Below, in pieces: positions 20,625-29,873 of a stretch of 64,000 bases of DNA. The stretch is from Balneolales bacterium (GTDB lineage: Bacteria; Bacteroidota; Rhodothermia; Balneolales; HLUCCA01). The notes beneath the pieces were generated by a model. The model saw only the letters and a list, made by a program, of their open reading frames with translations, had not been told where the DNA came from and ran no database searches. Numbering within the stretch: the first letter of the stretch is position 1; the number at the start of each line of letters is the position of its first letter. The translations under genes and the position numbers were made by a program. Where the stretch lies: assembly GCA_024711145.1 (NCBI GenBank), contig JANJTJ010000117.1, forward strand, positions 416-64,415, in the 5' to 3' direction.

Positions 20625-21526
20625 GATTCTGGCTGATGCTTTTCGGACTGATGGGCCTTTCCCTGAACACCACGGCCCAGACCGGTGGCTTGCGGTTTCT
20701 GACCCTGGGCACGGGTCCGTCCCAATTGGCTTCGGGCGAATCGTTCGTGGCCGGGGCTCCGGGCGCCATGCGCCTATTCGCCAACCCGGCGTTGAACGCG
20801 CTGGCCTACGGATCGGAGCTGGATATCAGCCATGGTTACTGGATCGGCGAAGCCACCAATTCGGCGGTGGCGTTCACGGCATCCGGCGCAGGCGGCCGCT
20901 TCGGGCTCGGTGTGCGGGCATCCGGCGTGGGGGGCATCGAGGCCCGGCAGACCCCGGGACCTGCCGCTGGCGACCTGGTGGTCGATTACCTGGCGCTCAC
21001 CGCCGGCTATGCCCGCACGCTGGCCGGCATCGGGGTGGGGGTCAACGCCCATTACCTCTTCGAACAGGTGGCGGACCGACGTGCCACCGGGCTGGCCCTC
21101 GATGCCGGCCTGGCGGCGGCCGTCCTGGACGGCCGCCTGCGCCTGGGCGCCGCCCTACGCAACAGCGGGTCCATGGACGCCGACGGCGCCCAGGCCTCGC
21201 CCGTGCCCTCCGAGCTCCGCTTCGGTGCCGACGCCGACCTGTTCTCCTTCACGGTGGCCGGTAGCGGCGAAATACCCCTGTTGGTAGGCATCTCGGGCGA
21301 TTTCATCTCACCGAACGACGCATCCGCCTACACGGCCATGGGCCTTCGCCTCTCCGTGGCCGATGTGATCGACCTGCGCGGCGGCTGGCAAAGCGGCGAC
21401 ACCGTGAGGCCCCTGAGCGGCGGCATCGACATCCGCTATGGACGTTGGCGTTTCGGCTACGCCGTAGTCCCCTTCGAATCCGGCTTCGGAACCACCCACA
21501 CCCTGGGTGCCGGCATCCGCTTCTGA
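20621..21526 (+). CDS. PorV/PorQ-family outer-membrane beta-barrel protein (paralog 2)
   Basis: Signal MRFWLMLFGLMGLSLNTTAQ. Pattern FLTLGTGPSQLASGESFVAGAPGAMRLFANPALNAL. C-terminal ..LGAGIRF. ATGA overlap with paralog 1. Confidence 0.55.
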   Translation: MRFWLMLFGLMGLSLNTTAQTGGLRFLTLGTGPSQLASGESFVAGAPGAMRLFANPALNALAYGSELDISHGYWIGEATNSAVAFTASGAGGRFGLGVRASGVGGIEARQTPGPAAGDLVVDYLALTAGYARTLAGIGVGVNAHYLFEQVADRRATGLALDAGLAAAVLDGRLRLGAALRNSGSMDADGAQASPVPSELRFGADADLFSFTVAGSGEIPLLVGISGDFISPNDASAYTAMGLRLSVADVIDLRGGWQSGDTVRPLSGGIDIRYGRWRFGYAVVPFESGFGTTHTLGAGIRF

Positions 21527-21594
21527 GGGTAAAAAGTCGCTAAAGGAATCCGTACCCCCGCATTCCGCATCGGAAGGGCGGTTACATTTGCGGC

Positions 21595-22086
21595 GTGATC
21601 CGCTACGTCTTCCCCCTCCTGCTGCTGCTATCGGCCTGCCTGTCGCCCTCCGCGACCGACCCGGCTCCACCTGTACGATGGGCCTCCATGGATGCGGCTT
21701 TGGCATCGGCCGAACGGAACGACCGCATGGTGTTGGTCAATGTGTACACCGATTGGTGCGAGTTCTGTCGCAAGATGGACCAGGAGGTGTATCCCGATTC
21801 CACGGTACGCGCCACCCTGGCCCGCTTCTTCGACACCGTGCGCCTCAATGCCGAATCCTCCGATTCTGTCTCCTACATGGGCCGGATGACCACCGAGGCC
21901 GACCTGGCCCGTGAACTCGGCATCCGCTCCTATCCGACCCTGCTGTTTCTGGACAGCCAGGGTAAGCTGATCCTACAGATCAACGGATACATGCCGGCTC
22001 CCGATTTCGACCGCATGCTGCGCTACCTGGGCAGCGAGGCCTACCGATCGGTGGAATATGCCGAATTCGCCTTCGGGCAGGATTAG
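21595..22086 (+). CDS. thioredoxin-fold protein (secreted/lipoprotein)
   Basis: GTG start, signal with Cys (LLLLSAC), CxxC motif WCEFCRKM, and YPTLLFLD typical of the thioredoxin fold. Confidence 0.7.
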   Translation: MIRYVFPLLLLLSACLSPSATDPAPPVRWASMDAALASAERNDRMVLVNVYTDWCEFCRKMDQEVYPDSTVRATLARFFDTVRLNAESSDSVSYMGRMTTEADLARELGIRSYPTLLFLDSQGKLILQINGYMPAPDFDRMLRYLGSEAYRSVEYAEFAFGQD

Positions 22087-22865
22087 TCGGAAGCCGACAG
22101 GTAGTCGCGCCGGAACCGCAGGAACCCCATCACCAACCCCTTCAGGATGTAGAACGCGAACGCCAGGATCAACCCGGTCTCGCGGAACACGATGATGATG
22201 GTGATGGAAATGACCGACCAGTACACCCGGTAACGGTCCACCGGTACGCCTTTCTTGAAGCGGGGGAGTTTGTCGAACGGAACCGAACCCACCATCAGGA
22301 TGGAAAGGGCCAGCACCATGGGGACCAGGATCTGGAAGATGCCGTACTTGAACCCGTCGAACCACTCGGGCACGTCGTGGAAGAACAGGAAGAACGAGAC
22401 GATCATGCCGGCCTGGACCGGAATGGGCATGCCGCGGAAATACAGGGGCGATTCCTCCACCTTGGTCTCGACGTTGAATCGGGCCAGGCGGATGGCCCCG
22501 CAAAGCGCCGGCAGGGCGGCCAGGATGGTGCCGGGAAAGGCCAGCTGGTTCAGGCCGAAATGATAGAGCAGAAAGCCGGGAGCCACCCCGAACGAAACCA
22601 CATCGCTCAACGAATCCAGCTCCATGCCGAAACTGCCGCTGGAACTGGTGAGGCGGGCCATGAACCCGTCCAAGGCATCGAACACGCCGGCCAGGATGAT
22701 CAGCCAGGCGCCGTACACCATGTTGCCCTGCGAAACCTGCACGATGCTCAGGAACCCGCAGAACAGGTTCATCAGCGTGAAGAAACTGGGTACCACGCCC
22801 GGTGGCAGGGGGCGGTTCAGCCGGGGGCGGACCCGGTCCCGATTCCGGCCGATGGGTCGGATCAC
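22083..22865 (-). CDS. pssA: CDP-diacylglycerol--serine O-phosphatidyltransferase
   Basis: CDP-alcohol phosphatidyltransferase motif DALDGFMARL...GMELDSLSD, multi-TM. GTG start overlaps the psd stop (GTGA). Confidence 0.85.
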   Translation of the reverse strand: MIRPIGRNRDRVRPRLNRPLPPGVVPSFFTLMNLFCGFLSIVQVSQGNMVYGAWLIILAGVFDALDGFMARLTSSSGSFGMELDSLSDVVSFGVAPGFLLYHFGLNQLAFPGTILAALPALCGAIRLARFNVETKVEESPLYFRGMPIPVQAGMIVSFFLFFHDVPEWFDGFKYGIFQILVPMVLALSILMVGSVPFDKLPRFKKGVPVDRYRVYWSVISITIIIVFRETGLILAFAFYILKGLVMGFLRFRRDYLSASD

Positions 22866-23512
22866 CGGAATACTCCCATCACGGTTTCACCGGCTACGGT
22901 CACGTCGCCGGCCTTCACATGCAATTCCACATTGTCGGGTACCAGGATGTCCATGCGCGATCCGAGTTTCATCATACCGAACCGGTCGCCCGCTTTCACC
23001 CGGTCCCCTTTCCGGATATGGAAGGTGATGCGGCGGGCCAGGTATCCGGTGATCTGACGGAAGAACACGGGGGTGCCTGACGGATGCCGCACGCCGAATT
23101 CGCTCCGCTCGTTCAGTTCCGAGGCCTTCTCGTGCCAGGCCACCAGGTATTTGCCCGGTATGTACTCGGCGTGTTCCACCTGGCCCGAACTGGGCACCCG
23201 GTTCACGTGCACATCCATGGGCGACAGGAAGATGGAGATCTGGTTCACTTCCTGTTTCATATAGAGGGGTTCGTACACCCGTTTCACGAAAAGCACTTTC
23301 CCGTCGGCCGGTGAGATGAGCAGATGGTCGCCTTCGGGCACCATCCGTTCCGGATCCCGGAAGAAATACAGGATGAATGCGAACAGGAACAGGCCCAGAC
23401 CGACACCTATCCAGAGCCATACGCCTCCGGCCCACCAACCCAGTGAACCGAGCACCAACCCGAGAACGGCGGTTTGGGATACCACGTCGTATCCGTCGCG
23501 ATTGATGGTCAT
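22862..23512 (-). CDS. psd: phosphatidylserine decarboxylase (short form)
   Basis: 216 aa with N-terminal TM segments and an LGSRMD self-cleavage-type motif near the C-terminus. Adjacent to pssA. Confidence 0.8.
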   Translation of the reverse strand: MTINRDGYDVVSQTAVLGLVLGSLGWWAGGVWLWIGVGLGLFLFAFILYFFRDPERMVPEGDHLLISPADGKVLFVKRVYEPLYMKQEVNQISIFLSPMDVHVNRVPSSGQVEHAEYIPGKYLVAWHEKASELNERSEFGVRHPSGTPVFFRQITGYLARRITFHIRKGDRVKAGDRFGMMKLGSRMDILVPDNVELHVKAGDVTVAGETVMGVFR

Positions 23513-23515
23513 GGT

Positions 23516-24871
23516 TCAGCCTCCGAAAAAGCGAAGAATGTCGTTGAAGGTCACGAAGAGCATCAGCCCCAGGAGCAGGACCATGCCCGCCTGTTGCAGC
23601 CACATGCGCAGCTTGAGCGAAGGTTCGCGCCGGAAGATGGCTTCATAGACCAAAAAGACCAAATGGCCGCCGTCCAATGCCGGAATGGGCAGGATGTTCA
23701 TGATGGCCAAGGTGATGCTCATGAAAGCGGTGATGGACCAGAACCCGATCCACCCGCCGTTGTCCGTGGCCTGGCGGGTCACGTTGGCGATGGCCAAGGG
23801 GCCGCCCAGGTTCTGGCGCACCGACACTTCGCCGGAGAAGAGCAGGCCAAACCCGCTGATGATGCCGTTGGTGGTTTCCCAGGTGTTCCGGATGCCGGCT
23901 CCGAAGCCGGCCATGAAGCCGTAATCCACCGATACCACCCCGAAATGACGGGTGGGATCCACCGGACCGATGCCGATGGTGCGGGTGTCGGGGTCGGGTG
24001 AGATGACCATTCCCAAGGTATCGGCACCACGAACAACTACCATGTTCAAATCGCCGGTGGCGGTGCCGCGGATGCGGCGGGTGAGCTCGATCCAGTAGCC
24101 CACCGAGGTGTCCTGCAGGGCGATCACCCGGTCTCCGGCCTGCAATCCGGCTTTTTCAGCCGGCATGCCGACGGCCACGGTCCCGATCACGCTGGGCAGG
24201 GCGTTCACCAGGGTGAGGAAGGAAGGCTCCCCGTTCAACCGGTCGATGAAACCGGCCGGTGCGGGCAGGTCCACCTGCTGCCCGTTGCGCTCCACCTGGA
24301 AGACGATGTCGGTGGTGGCCAAATCGCTGATGCTGAAGAAGTTGCCCCCCTTGTAGCTGACGGGGCGCTCACCGTTCACCCCGATCAACCGGTCGCCGGT
24401 CACGAATCCGACTTCCTCGGCCAACCCGCCGGGTACCACATACAGGGTACCTACTTTTTCGGCGGGGACTTCCTGCGAACCGTAGGTCCAGTACATGCCG
24501 CTGTAGATGGCCACGGCAAGAATCATGTTGAACACGACGCCGGCGGTGATCACCACCATGCGTTGCCATACCGGTTTGCTCCGGTATTCCCAGGGTTGGG
24601 GTTCGCTGGATTCGAATCCTTCGTCGAGACTTTCGTCCACCATGCCGGCGATCTTCACATATCCGCCCAAGGGGGTTGCGGAGATGCAGTAGTCGGTATC
24701 TCCGATTTTCTTGCCGAAAACCCGGGGTGGAAACCCGATGGAGAAACGGTCCACCCGCATGCCGAACCATCGGGCGGCCAGGAAATGGCCTAGCTCGTGG
24801 ATCATGACCAGGATGAACAGGGCACCGATGAAGATTCCGATGGTGCGCAGGATGTCGAAAATGGCTTCCAT
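23516..24871 (-). CDS. rseP: RIP metalloprotease RseP (site-2 protease, M50)
   Basis: HELGHFLAAR zinc motif, PDZ-like middle region, C-terminal NILPIPALDGG. Confidence 0.9.
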   Translation of the reverse strand: MEAIFDILRTIGIFIGALFILVMIHELGHFLAARWFGMRVDRFSIGFPPRVFGKKIGDTDYCISATPLGGYVKIAGMVDESLDEGFESSEPQPWEYRSKPVWQRMVVITAGVVFNMILAVAIYSGMYWTYGSQEVPAEKVGTLYVVPGGLAEEVGFVTGDRLIGVNGERPVSYKGGNFFSISDLATTDIVFQVERNGQQVDLPAPAGFIDRLNGEPSFLTLVNALPSVIGTVAVGMPAEKAGLQAGDRVIALQDTSVGYWIELTRRIRGTATGDLNMVVVRGADTLGMVISPDPDTRTIGIGPVDPTRHFGVVSVDYGFMAGFGAGIRNTWETTNGIISGFGLLFSGEVSVRQNLGGPLAIANVTRQATDNGGWIGFWSITAFMSITLAIMNILPIPALDGGHLVFLVYEAIFRREPSLKLRMWLQQAGMVLLLGLMLFVTFNDILRFFGG

Positions 24872-24884
24872 TCAATCGATTGGG

Positions 24885-26027
24885 TTACAGGGAGGAAGCC
24901 AAGCGCCGGGTCTCCCCGTCCGCATTCCATAAGCCGTCGACGGTGACTTCCGAGCCGAACGACAAGGTGGACAAGCACCGCTCAACCACCTCTGGGATGC
25001 GAATATACGCAATTTCGCCTCTGAGGAACCGGTACACGGCCTCCTCGTTGGCGGCGTTGAGCACGGCGGGCGCATAGCCACCGGCCGCCACGCTCTCCAT
25101 GGCCAAGCGGAAGCAGGGGAACCGGGCGGTGTCTACCGGTTCGAAGGTGAGGTCGCCCATGGCGGACCAATCCAGCCGGGGCGAGTCGCTTTCCCAGCGC
25201 TCGGGCCAACTCAGGGCGTATTGGATGGGAACCCGCATATCGGGTGTGCCCAACTGGGCTTTCACGCTGCCGTCGCGGAAATGCACGAAAGAATGGATGA
25301 TGCTCTGCGGATGGACCACCGCTTCGATGCGCTCTAACGGCAGCCCGAACATCCAATACGCCTCGATGACCTCCAACCCCTTGTTCATGAGGGTGCTTGA
25401 ATCGATGGTGATTTTGGAGCCCATGCTCCAATTGGGATGTTTGAGGGCGTCGGCGGTGGTGGCCCGGGCGATGCGCTCGGCACTCCAGGTGCGGAAGGGG
25501 CCGCCGCTGGCGGTAACCACCAGTTTCTCAACGGACTCCAGTCCCTCTCCTACCAGACATTGGAGGATGGCGCTGTGCTCCGAATCGACCGGAAGTACCC
25601 GCATGGCGTCCAACCCGAGCCAGGGTTGCAGCACCGCACCACCTACTACCAGGCTTTCCTTGTTGGCCAGGGCCACCCGCTTGCCGCTGTCCAGGGCGGC
25701 GAAGGTGGGCCCGAAACCGGCGAAGCCGACCAGGCTGTTCAGCACGGTCTCGCAGTCGGTGTCGCGCACCAGGGCGGCGATAGTCCCGTCTCCGGTGTGC
25801 AGGCGGGTCCGGGTGGAGCCTACGGCTTCCTTCAACCGGTCGAAGTGTTTCGGATCGCTCAGTACGGCATCATCCGGGCCGAATTCCAGGATCTGGGCGG
25901 CCAAGACCTCCCAATTGGAGTGGCCGGTCAACAGGACTGCACGGAGCCGGTCGGGGTATCTGCGCACCACTTCCAGCGTTTGGGTTCCGATGGATCCGGT
26001 GGATCCGAGCAGGGCGATTCGGGTCAT
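24885..26027 (-). CDS. dxr: 1-deoxy-D-xylulose 5-phosphate reductoisomerase
   Basis: IALLGSTGSIGTQTL, LANKESLV, VDSEHSA and NAANEEAV motifs. ATG 26027 overlaps the upstream stop (ATGA). The track ORF is N-extended. Confidence 0.95.
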   Translation of the reverse strand: MTRIALLGSTGSIGTQTLEVVRRYPDRLRAVLLTGHSNWEVLAAQILEFGPDDAVLSDPKHFDRLKEAVGSTRTRLHTGDGTIAALVRDTDCETVLNSLVGFAGFGPTFAALDSGKRVALANKESLVVGGAVLQPWLGLDAMRVLPVDSEHSAILQCLVGEGLESVEKLVVTASGGPFRTWSAERIARATTADALKHPNWSMGSKITIDSSTLMNKGLEVIEAYWMFGLPLERIEAVVHPQSIIHSFVHFRDGSVKAQLGTPDMRVPIQYALSWPERWESDSPRLDWSAMGDLTFEPVDTARFPCFRLAMESVAAGGYAPAVLNAANEEAVYRFLRGEIAYIRIPEVVERCLSTLSFGSEVTVDGLWNADGETRRLASSL

Positions 26028-26692
26028 GGAAGAATGCGGATCATGGCCATCATGCGCCCCGATGCGGAGGCGTCCCGACGGTAGGAATGGAACAGCCCCG
26101 AACCGGCCACCGTGCATCGGCCGTCGGCTTGAATATGTTGGGGCGGTATGCCGGCATCGGCCAATTCGTGTATGAGATAACCGGCCAGGTCCACATGCGG
26201 CTTGGAGTAGCCGCTGCGATGGACGAATGCGGATGGGAATCGTTCGGCCACTTCCTCGCCCACTTCGAAGTTGCCCACGCCCAGGCAGGGGCTGATCCAC
26301 GCCCGCATACGTCGCGGCCGGCCACCCAAGGCTTCCATCTGCCGCAACCCCACCCGCTGGATGCCACCCACCGCCCCGCGCCACCCGGCGTGGAAGGCGC
26401 CGATCACGCCCGCTTCCGGGTCGGCTACCAGGATGGCGGCACAATCGGCCACCACCACCGCCAATGCCAGATTCCGCTCGGAGGTGACCACCCCATCGGT
26501 ATCGGGCAGCACACCGCCCTCCCGTACCGAGGCCACCGCCGTGCCATGGACCTGCCGCCCCTGCGCCACGCGGCCGGGGTCCACACCGTGTTCCAGGAAC
26601 CAGGCCTCGCGCTGACCCGCCGCGAAGGACAAGTCGCGCTCTTTGGTGGAAAAAACCGTCTGCAGCCCTTCGACGGGTATCAATGTGTTCAT
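26024..26692 (-). CDS. pgeF: laccase-domain protein PgeF/YfiH family
   Basis: QVHG..V..., ADCAAIL, HAGWRG and CT....FHSYRRD motifs. ATG 26692 overlaps the aroE stop. Confidence 0.85.
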   Translation of the reverse strand: MNTLIPVEGLQTVFSTKERDLSFAAGQREAWFLEHGVDPGRVAQGRQVHGTAVASVREGGVLPDTDGVVTSERNLALAVVVADCAAILVADPEAGVIGAFHAGWRGAVGGIQRVGLRQMEALGGRPRRMRAWISPCLGVGNFEVGEEVAERFPSAFVHRSGYSKPHVDLAGYLIHELADAGIPPQHIQADGRCTVAGSGLFHSYRRDASASGRMMAMIRILP

Positions 26693-27471
26693 TCGGTTGG
26701 AAGTTTGGGCATGGAGCGACCCGTCCATAACCGGAATGAGGCCGCCGCCTGTTCCCGGAACATGCGTTTTCCCCCGATGACGGTACCGCCCGCCTCGGCG
26801 ATGCGTTTCAGGAACGGGGTCGTTTCGGGCTCATAGATCAGGTCGTATCCGGTCAATGTCGGGGAGAGTCGGCCTTCGTATCCGTCCAATGGGGATGCGT
26901 CGGCATGCGGTGGCAACCCCAGTGGCGTGGCGTTCACGAGCAGGTCGCAGCCGGCCAGCCGTCCGAAGGCTTCGGCATAGGATATGCGGGATTGCCCCGC
27001 CCTTCGCGATACGATCTTGACCCGCATACCCAGATCGGTCAAACCGGCCACAACGGCCTTGGCCGCGCCACCGTCGCCGAATACCAGGGCTTCGGCGCCG
27101 GACCAATCGCGGCCGGCCTCCGCCAAAGGTGCCAGAAATCCGGCTTTATCGGTGTTGTAGCCGATCAGGCGCCCCTGCTCGGGCACGATGGTGTTCACGG
27201 CGCCGATGGCTTCGGCGGCCGGGTCTATGCCGTCCAGCAGTGCCATCACGGCCGTCTTGTGCGGCAGGGTGACGTTCGCACCCCGGAAATTCGGGTGCCT
27301 CAGATAGGGCACCGCCTGCTGCGGATCCCGGGCCGGTACCAGCAGGGCGTGATAGGTCCACTCCAACCCGACGGCCCGGAACGCCGCCGTGTGCAGGCGG
27401 GGCGACCGGCTGTGGGCGATGGGATCGCCCATGACGAAACAGTAGGGATGGTCGGTCGGAATTCCGGACAT
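26689..27471 (-). CDS. aroE: shikimate dehydrogenase
   Basis: GDPIAHSRSPRLHTAAF, GANVTLPHK, NTD and LVFGDGGAAKAV motifs. Confidence 0.9.
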   Translation of the reverse strand: MSGIPTDHPYCFVMGDPIAHSRSPRLHTAAFRAVGLEWTYHALLVPARDPQQAVPYLRHPNFRGANVTLPHKTAVMALLDGIDPAAEAIGAVNTIVPEQGRLIGYNTDKAGFLAPLAEAGRDWSGAEALVFGDGGAAKAVVAGLTDLGMRVKIVSRRAGQSRISYAEAFGRLAGCDLLVNATPLGLPPHADASPLDGYEGRLSPTLTGYDLIYEPETTPFLKRIAEAGGTVIGGKRMFREQAAASFRLWTGRSMPKLPTE

Positions 27472-27499
27472 AAAAAAAAAGGGAGCCTTGCGGGCTCCC
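27472..27499 (-). terminator. intrinsic terminator downstream of the SRPBCC gene, abutting the aroE ATG
   Basis: Minus strand reads GGGAGCC-CGCAA-GGCTCCC followed by T9 and then directly ATG of aroE. Confidence 0.7.
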
Positions 27500-27523
27500 T
27501 TGAAAGTACGGAACGAAGACGGA

Positions 27524-27997
27524 TCAGACCGTGGCTTCGACGGCGGTTTTGGCTTTGGGGCCTTTGTCGTCGTTGAAGGTACCGGCTTCGGCCATTTTGC
27601 GGAACGCTTCCAGGTTGTTGCGCAGCTCGGCGGGCATGCCGTCGATGAACTGGCTCACTTCCTCGGTGGCTTCACCGAAGAACATGCGGTAATCCAAGGT
27701 GAAATCGACCCGGGTGCGCTCGCCGTTGTCCAACGGGGTGAACCGGATGGTGCCCGTCTGGTTCATGTTGCCGTTGATGGTGATCCAGGCGAAACGGGTG
27801 TTGCGCAGATCGTCAATGATGTTGGTGATCCATTGGAAATCCTCGCCTCCGATCGTCGTTTTGTATTCGAACGTCTGCGAATTGATCTTGTTGACCTGCT
27901 GCAGGTGGGTGAGGAACTTCGGGAAATCAACTGGGGAGCTCATCAGCTCATAGACTTTGGCCAGCGGCAGGTTGATCTCGATCGTTTCGTGCGCCAT
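27524..27997 (-). CDS. SRPBCC-superfamily protein (cyclase/dehydrase-like)
   Basis: About 157 aa. MAHETIEINLPLAKVYELMSSPVDFPKFLTHL resembles polyketide_cyc2/COQ10-like N-termini. ATG 27997. Confidence 0.55.
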   Translation of the reverse strand: MAHETIEINLPLAKVYELMSSPVDFPKFLTHLQQVNKINSQTFEYKTTIGGEDFQWITNIIDDLRNTRFAWITINGNMNQTGTIRFTPLDNGERTRVDFTLDYRMFFGEATEEVSQFIDGMPAELRNNLEAFRKMAEAGTFNDDKGPKAKTAVEATV

Positions 27998-28072
27998 AGG
28001 AAAACGTCTTGCTACAAAAAATGAGTGGTCGGGTGTGGTTCGCGAATGAAGCCTATAGCCCACCGCATTTAG

Positions 28073-28103
28073 CAAAAATACGGATTTCCTGCCTTTGATT
28101 CAA
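28073..28103 (-). promoter_or_regulatory. candidate Bacteroidota-type promoter (TTG-N20-TATTTTTG) for the SRPBCC gene
   Basis: Minus strand reads TTGaatcaaaggcaggaaatccgTATTTTTG, about 75 nt upstream of ATG 27997. Confidence 0.3.
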
Positions 28104-28711
28104 GTTTTGAACCGCAAGTCGGCCCATTCTTTCCAGATAAGGGCATGCACGTCTTCCGGAGTGCGCGTGGCATCGACCAGACGGAAACGGGGCTCGGATC
28201 GGGCCATGGCATCGAAACCGGCCACCACCCGGTCGAAGAAGTCGGCACCGGCCTGTTCCATGCGGTCGCGGCGGCGGTCGCTGAGCCGGCCGTCGGCCTG
28301 CTCCCGGCCGATGCGCAGGTAGAAGGTCAGGTCCGGGGTGAGCCCGTGGGCGGCGATGGCGTTGAGGGTGTGAATGCGGGCGATGTCCACGGCCTGGCGC
28401 CCGTAGCCCTGGTAGGCTACGGTACTGTCGTAGAATCGGTCGAGGATGACGGTGATGCCTTTTTCCAACCTGGGCACGACCTGTTCGGCGATCAATTGGG
28501 ATCGGGCCGCCGAGAACAGCAGCAGTTCGGTCACGGGATCGATGCGCAGGTCCGGGTTGAGCAGCATGCCCCGGATCAGTTCCGACACCTCGCTCCCACC
28601 CGGCTCGCGGAATACGTCAACCGGAATGCCTTCCGATTCCAACCGCCGGCGCAGCAGGGTGATCTGGGTCGTTTTGCCGCTTCCGTCTATGCCTTCGAAC
28701 GAAATGAGCAT
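28100..28711 (-). CDS. tmk: thymidylate kinase
   Basis: ISFEGIDGSGKTTQ P-loop and DRF/DRY lid region. Confidence 0.95.
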   Translation of the reverse strand: MLISFEGIDGSGKTTQITLLRRRLESEGIPVDVFREPGGSEVSELIRGMLLNPDLRIDPVTELLLFSAARSQLIAEQVVPRLEKGITVILDRFYDSTVAYQGYGRQAVDIARIHTLNAIAAHGLTPDLTFYLRIGREQADGRLSDRRRDRMEQAGADFFDRVVAGFDAMARSEPRFRLVDATRTPEDVHALIWKEWADLRFKT

Positions 28712-28712
28712 G

Positions 28713-29297
28713 TCATTCCATCCGGTTCTGACGGGGCGGATTCGGTACGAACATGGCCAGGAACAGGTAGGCCAGTATGGGGCTCCCCGAGCCGATGAAG
28801 GTGAATACCACGAACAGCACCCGAACCAGGGTGGGGTCCATGCCCAGGTATTCGGCTATGCCACCGGCAACTCCGAAGAGTTTGCGGTCGGTGGCCGACT
28901 TGGTGAACCGTTTCTTTTTGCTCAGCGCATAGCTGTCGGTACCACTCACCTCATCCGACAGGCGGATCTCCGGCCGGGCTTTCTTTTTGGGTTTGGGTGG
29001 CCGGCTCAACCAACCGAGTCCGGTTATCAGGGTCAACGCGGCGCCCGTTACCGACAGGAAGCCCATCCAACCCGACAGTTCCGTATCGAACGGTAGAAAG
29101 ACCTGCAACACGGCGAAAGCGGCAACCACGAGCATGGTCACACCCATGACGGTCTGCAGGTTGAGTACGCCTTTCTTCTTCTTCGCCTGTTCCGGCGTGT
29201 CCGACAGATAATCCTGCAGGGTGGCTTCCAGATCCCGATTCGAGACATCGAAATGGGACCCGAGGTCGGTGGCGGATTGTGGTTTGGTCTTTTCCAT
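28713..29297 (-). CDS. PspC domain-containing membrane protein
   Basis: C-terminal LFGVAGGIAEYLGMDPTLVRVLFVV PspC motif, with central TM segments. Confidence 0.75.
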   Translation of the reverse strand: MEKTKPQSATDLGSHFDVSNRDLEATLQDYLSDTPEQAKKKKGVLNLQTVMGVTMLVVAAFAVLQVFLPFDTELSGWMGFLSVTGAALTLITGLGWLSRPPKPKKKARPEIRLSDEVSGTDSYALSKKKRFTKSATDRKLFGVAGGIAEYLGMDPTLVRVLFVVFTFIGSGSPILAYLFLAMFVPNPPRQNRME

Positions 29298-29873
29298 TCA
29301 ACTCAAAAGATAGGGATGATGGATGCCGGTTTCCGTGATGACAGCCTTCACAGGCACATCATGGGATTCGTGGGGAAGCCGTTCCACCCGCAAGGACGCC
29401 GGGGCCAGCACGGCGGTTTCAGCCGGGCAATGGGCCAGTACGCGGTCGTAATACCCACCGCCGTAACCCAACCGATATCCGGCGGCATCCACACCCAAGG
29501 CGGGAACGAGCATGAGGTCGTGCGCCACCCAAGGCACCGGCAGGCCCGACACCGGCTCGGGTATGCCCCATCCGTTCGGCACCAAGGTGGCATCCGGTGT
29601 CCACAGCCGCGCCTGCATGCGGCCGAAGCGGCCCGGATGCACCATGGGAAGTGTGATCTCCCATCCCATTGCGGAACAATGCAATAGGAATTCCATCAAG
29701 TCGGGTTCGGAGGAACCGGCCTTGGCCAGATAGGCATGCAGCCGACCCGGCGTGCGGCCCTGCACCCAGACCCCGGCCTGGTGCAGAACCGGTTCCCAGT
29801 CCTGCGGGGTGAGGCGGTCGCGGGCGGCTGCAAGGGTCGCCCGCCAGGCTTTTTTCCCGGCCGGCCGGTTCAC
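29298..29873 (-). CDS. 5-formyltetrahydrofolate cyclo-ligase
   Basis: GIPEP....D.MLVPALGVDAAGYRLGYGGGYYDR signature. GTG 29873 overlaps the bshC stop (GTGA). The track ORF is N-extended. Confidence 0.8.
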   Translation of the reverse strand: MNRPAGKKAWRATLAAARDRLTPQDWEPVLHQAGVWVQGRTPGRLHAYLAKAGSSEPDLMEFLLHCSAMGWEITLPMVHPGRFGRMQARLWTPDATLVPNGWGIPEPVSGLPVPWVAHDLMLVPALGVDAAGYRLGYGGGYYDRVLAHCPAETAVLAPASLRVERLPHESHDVPVKAVITETGIHHPYLLS

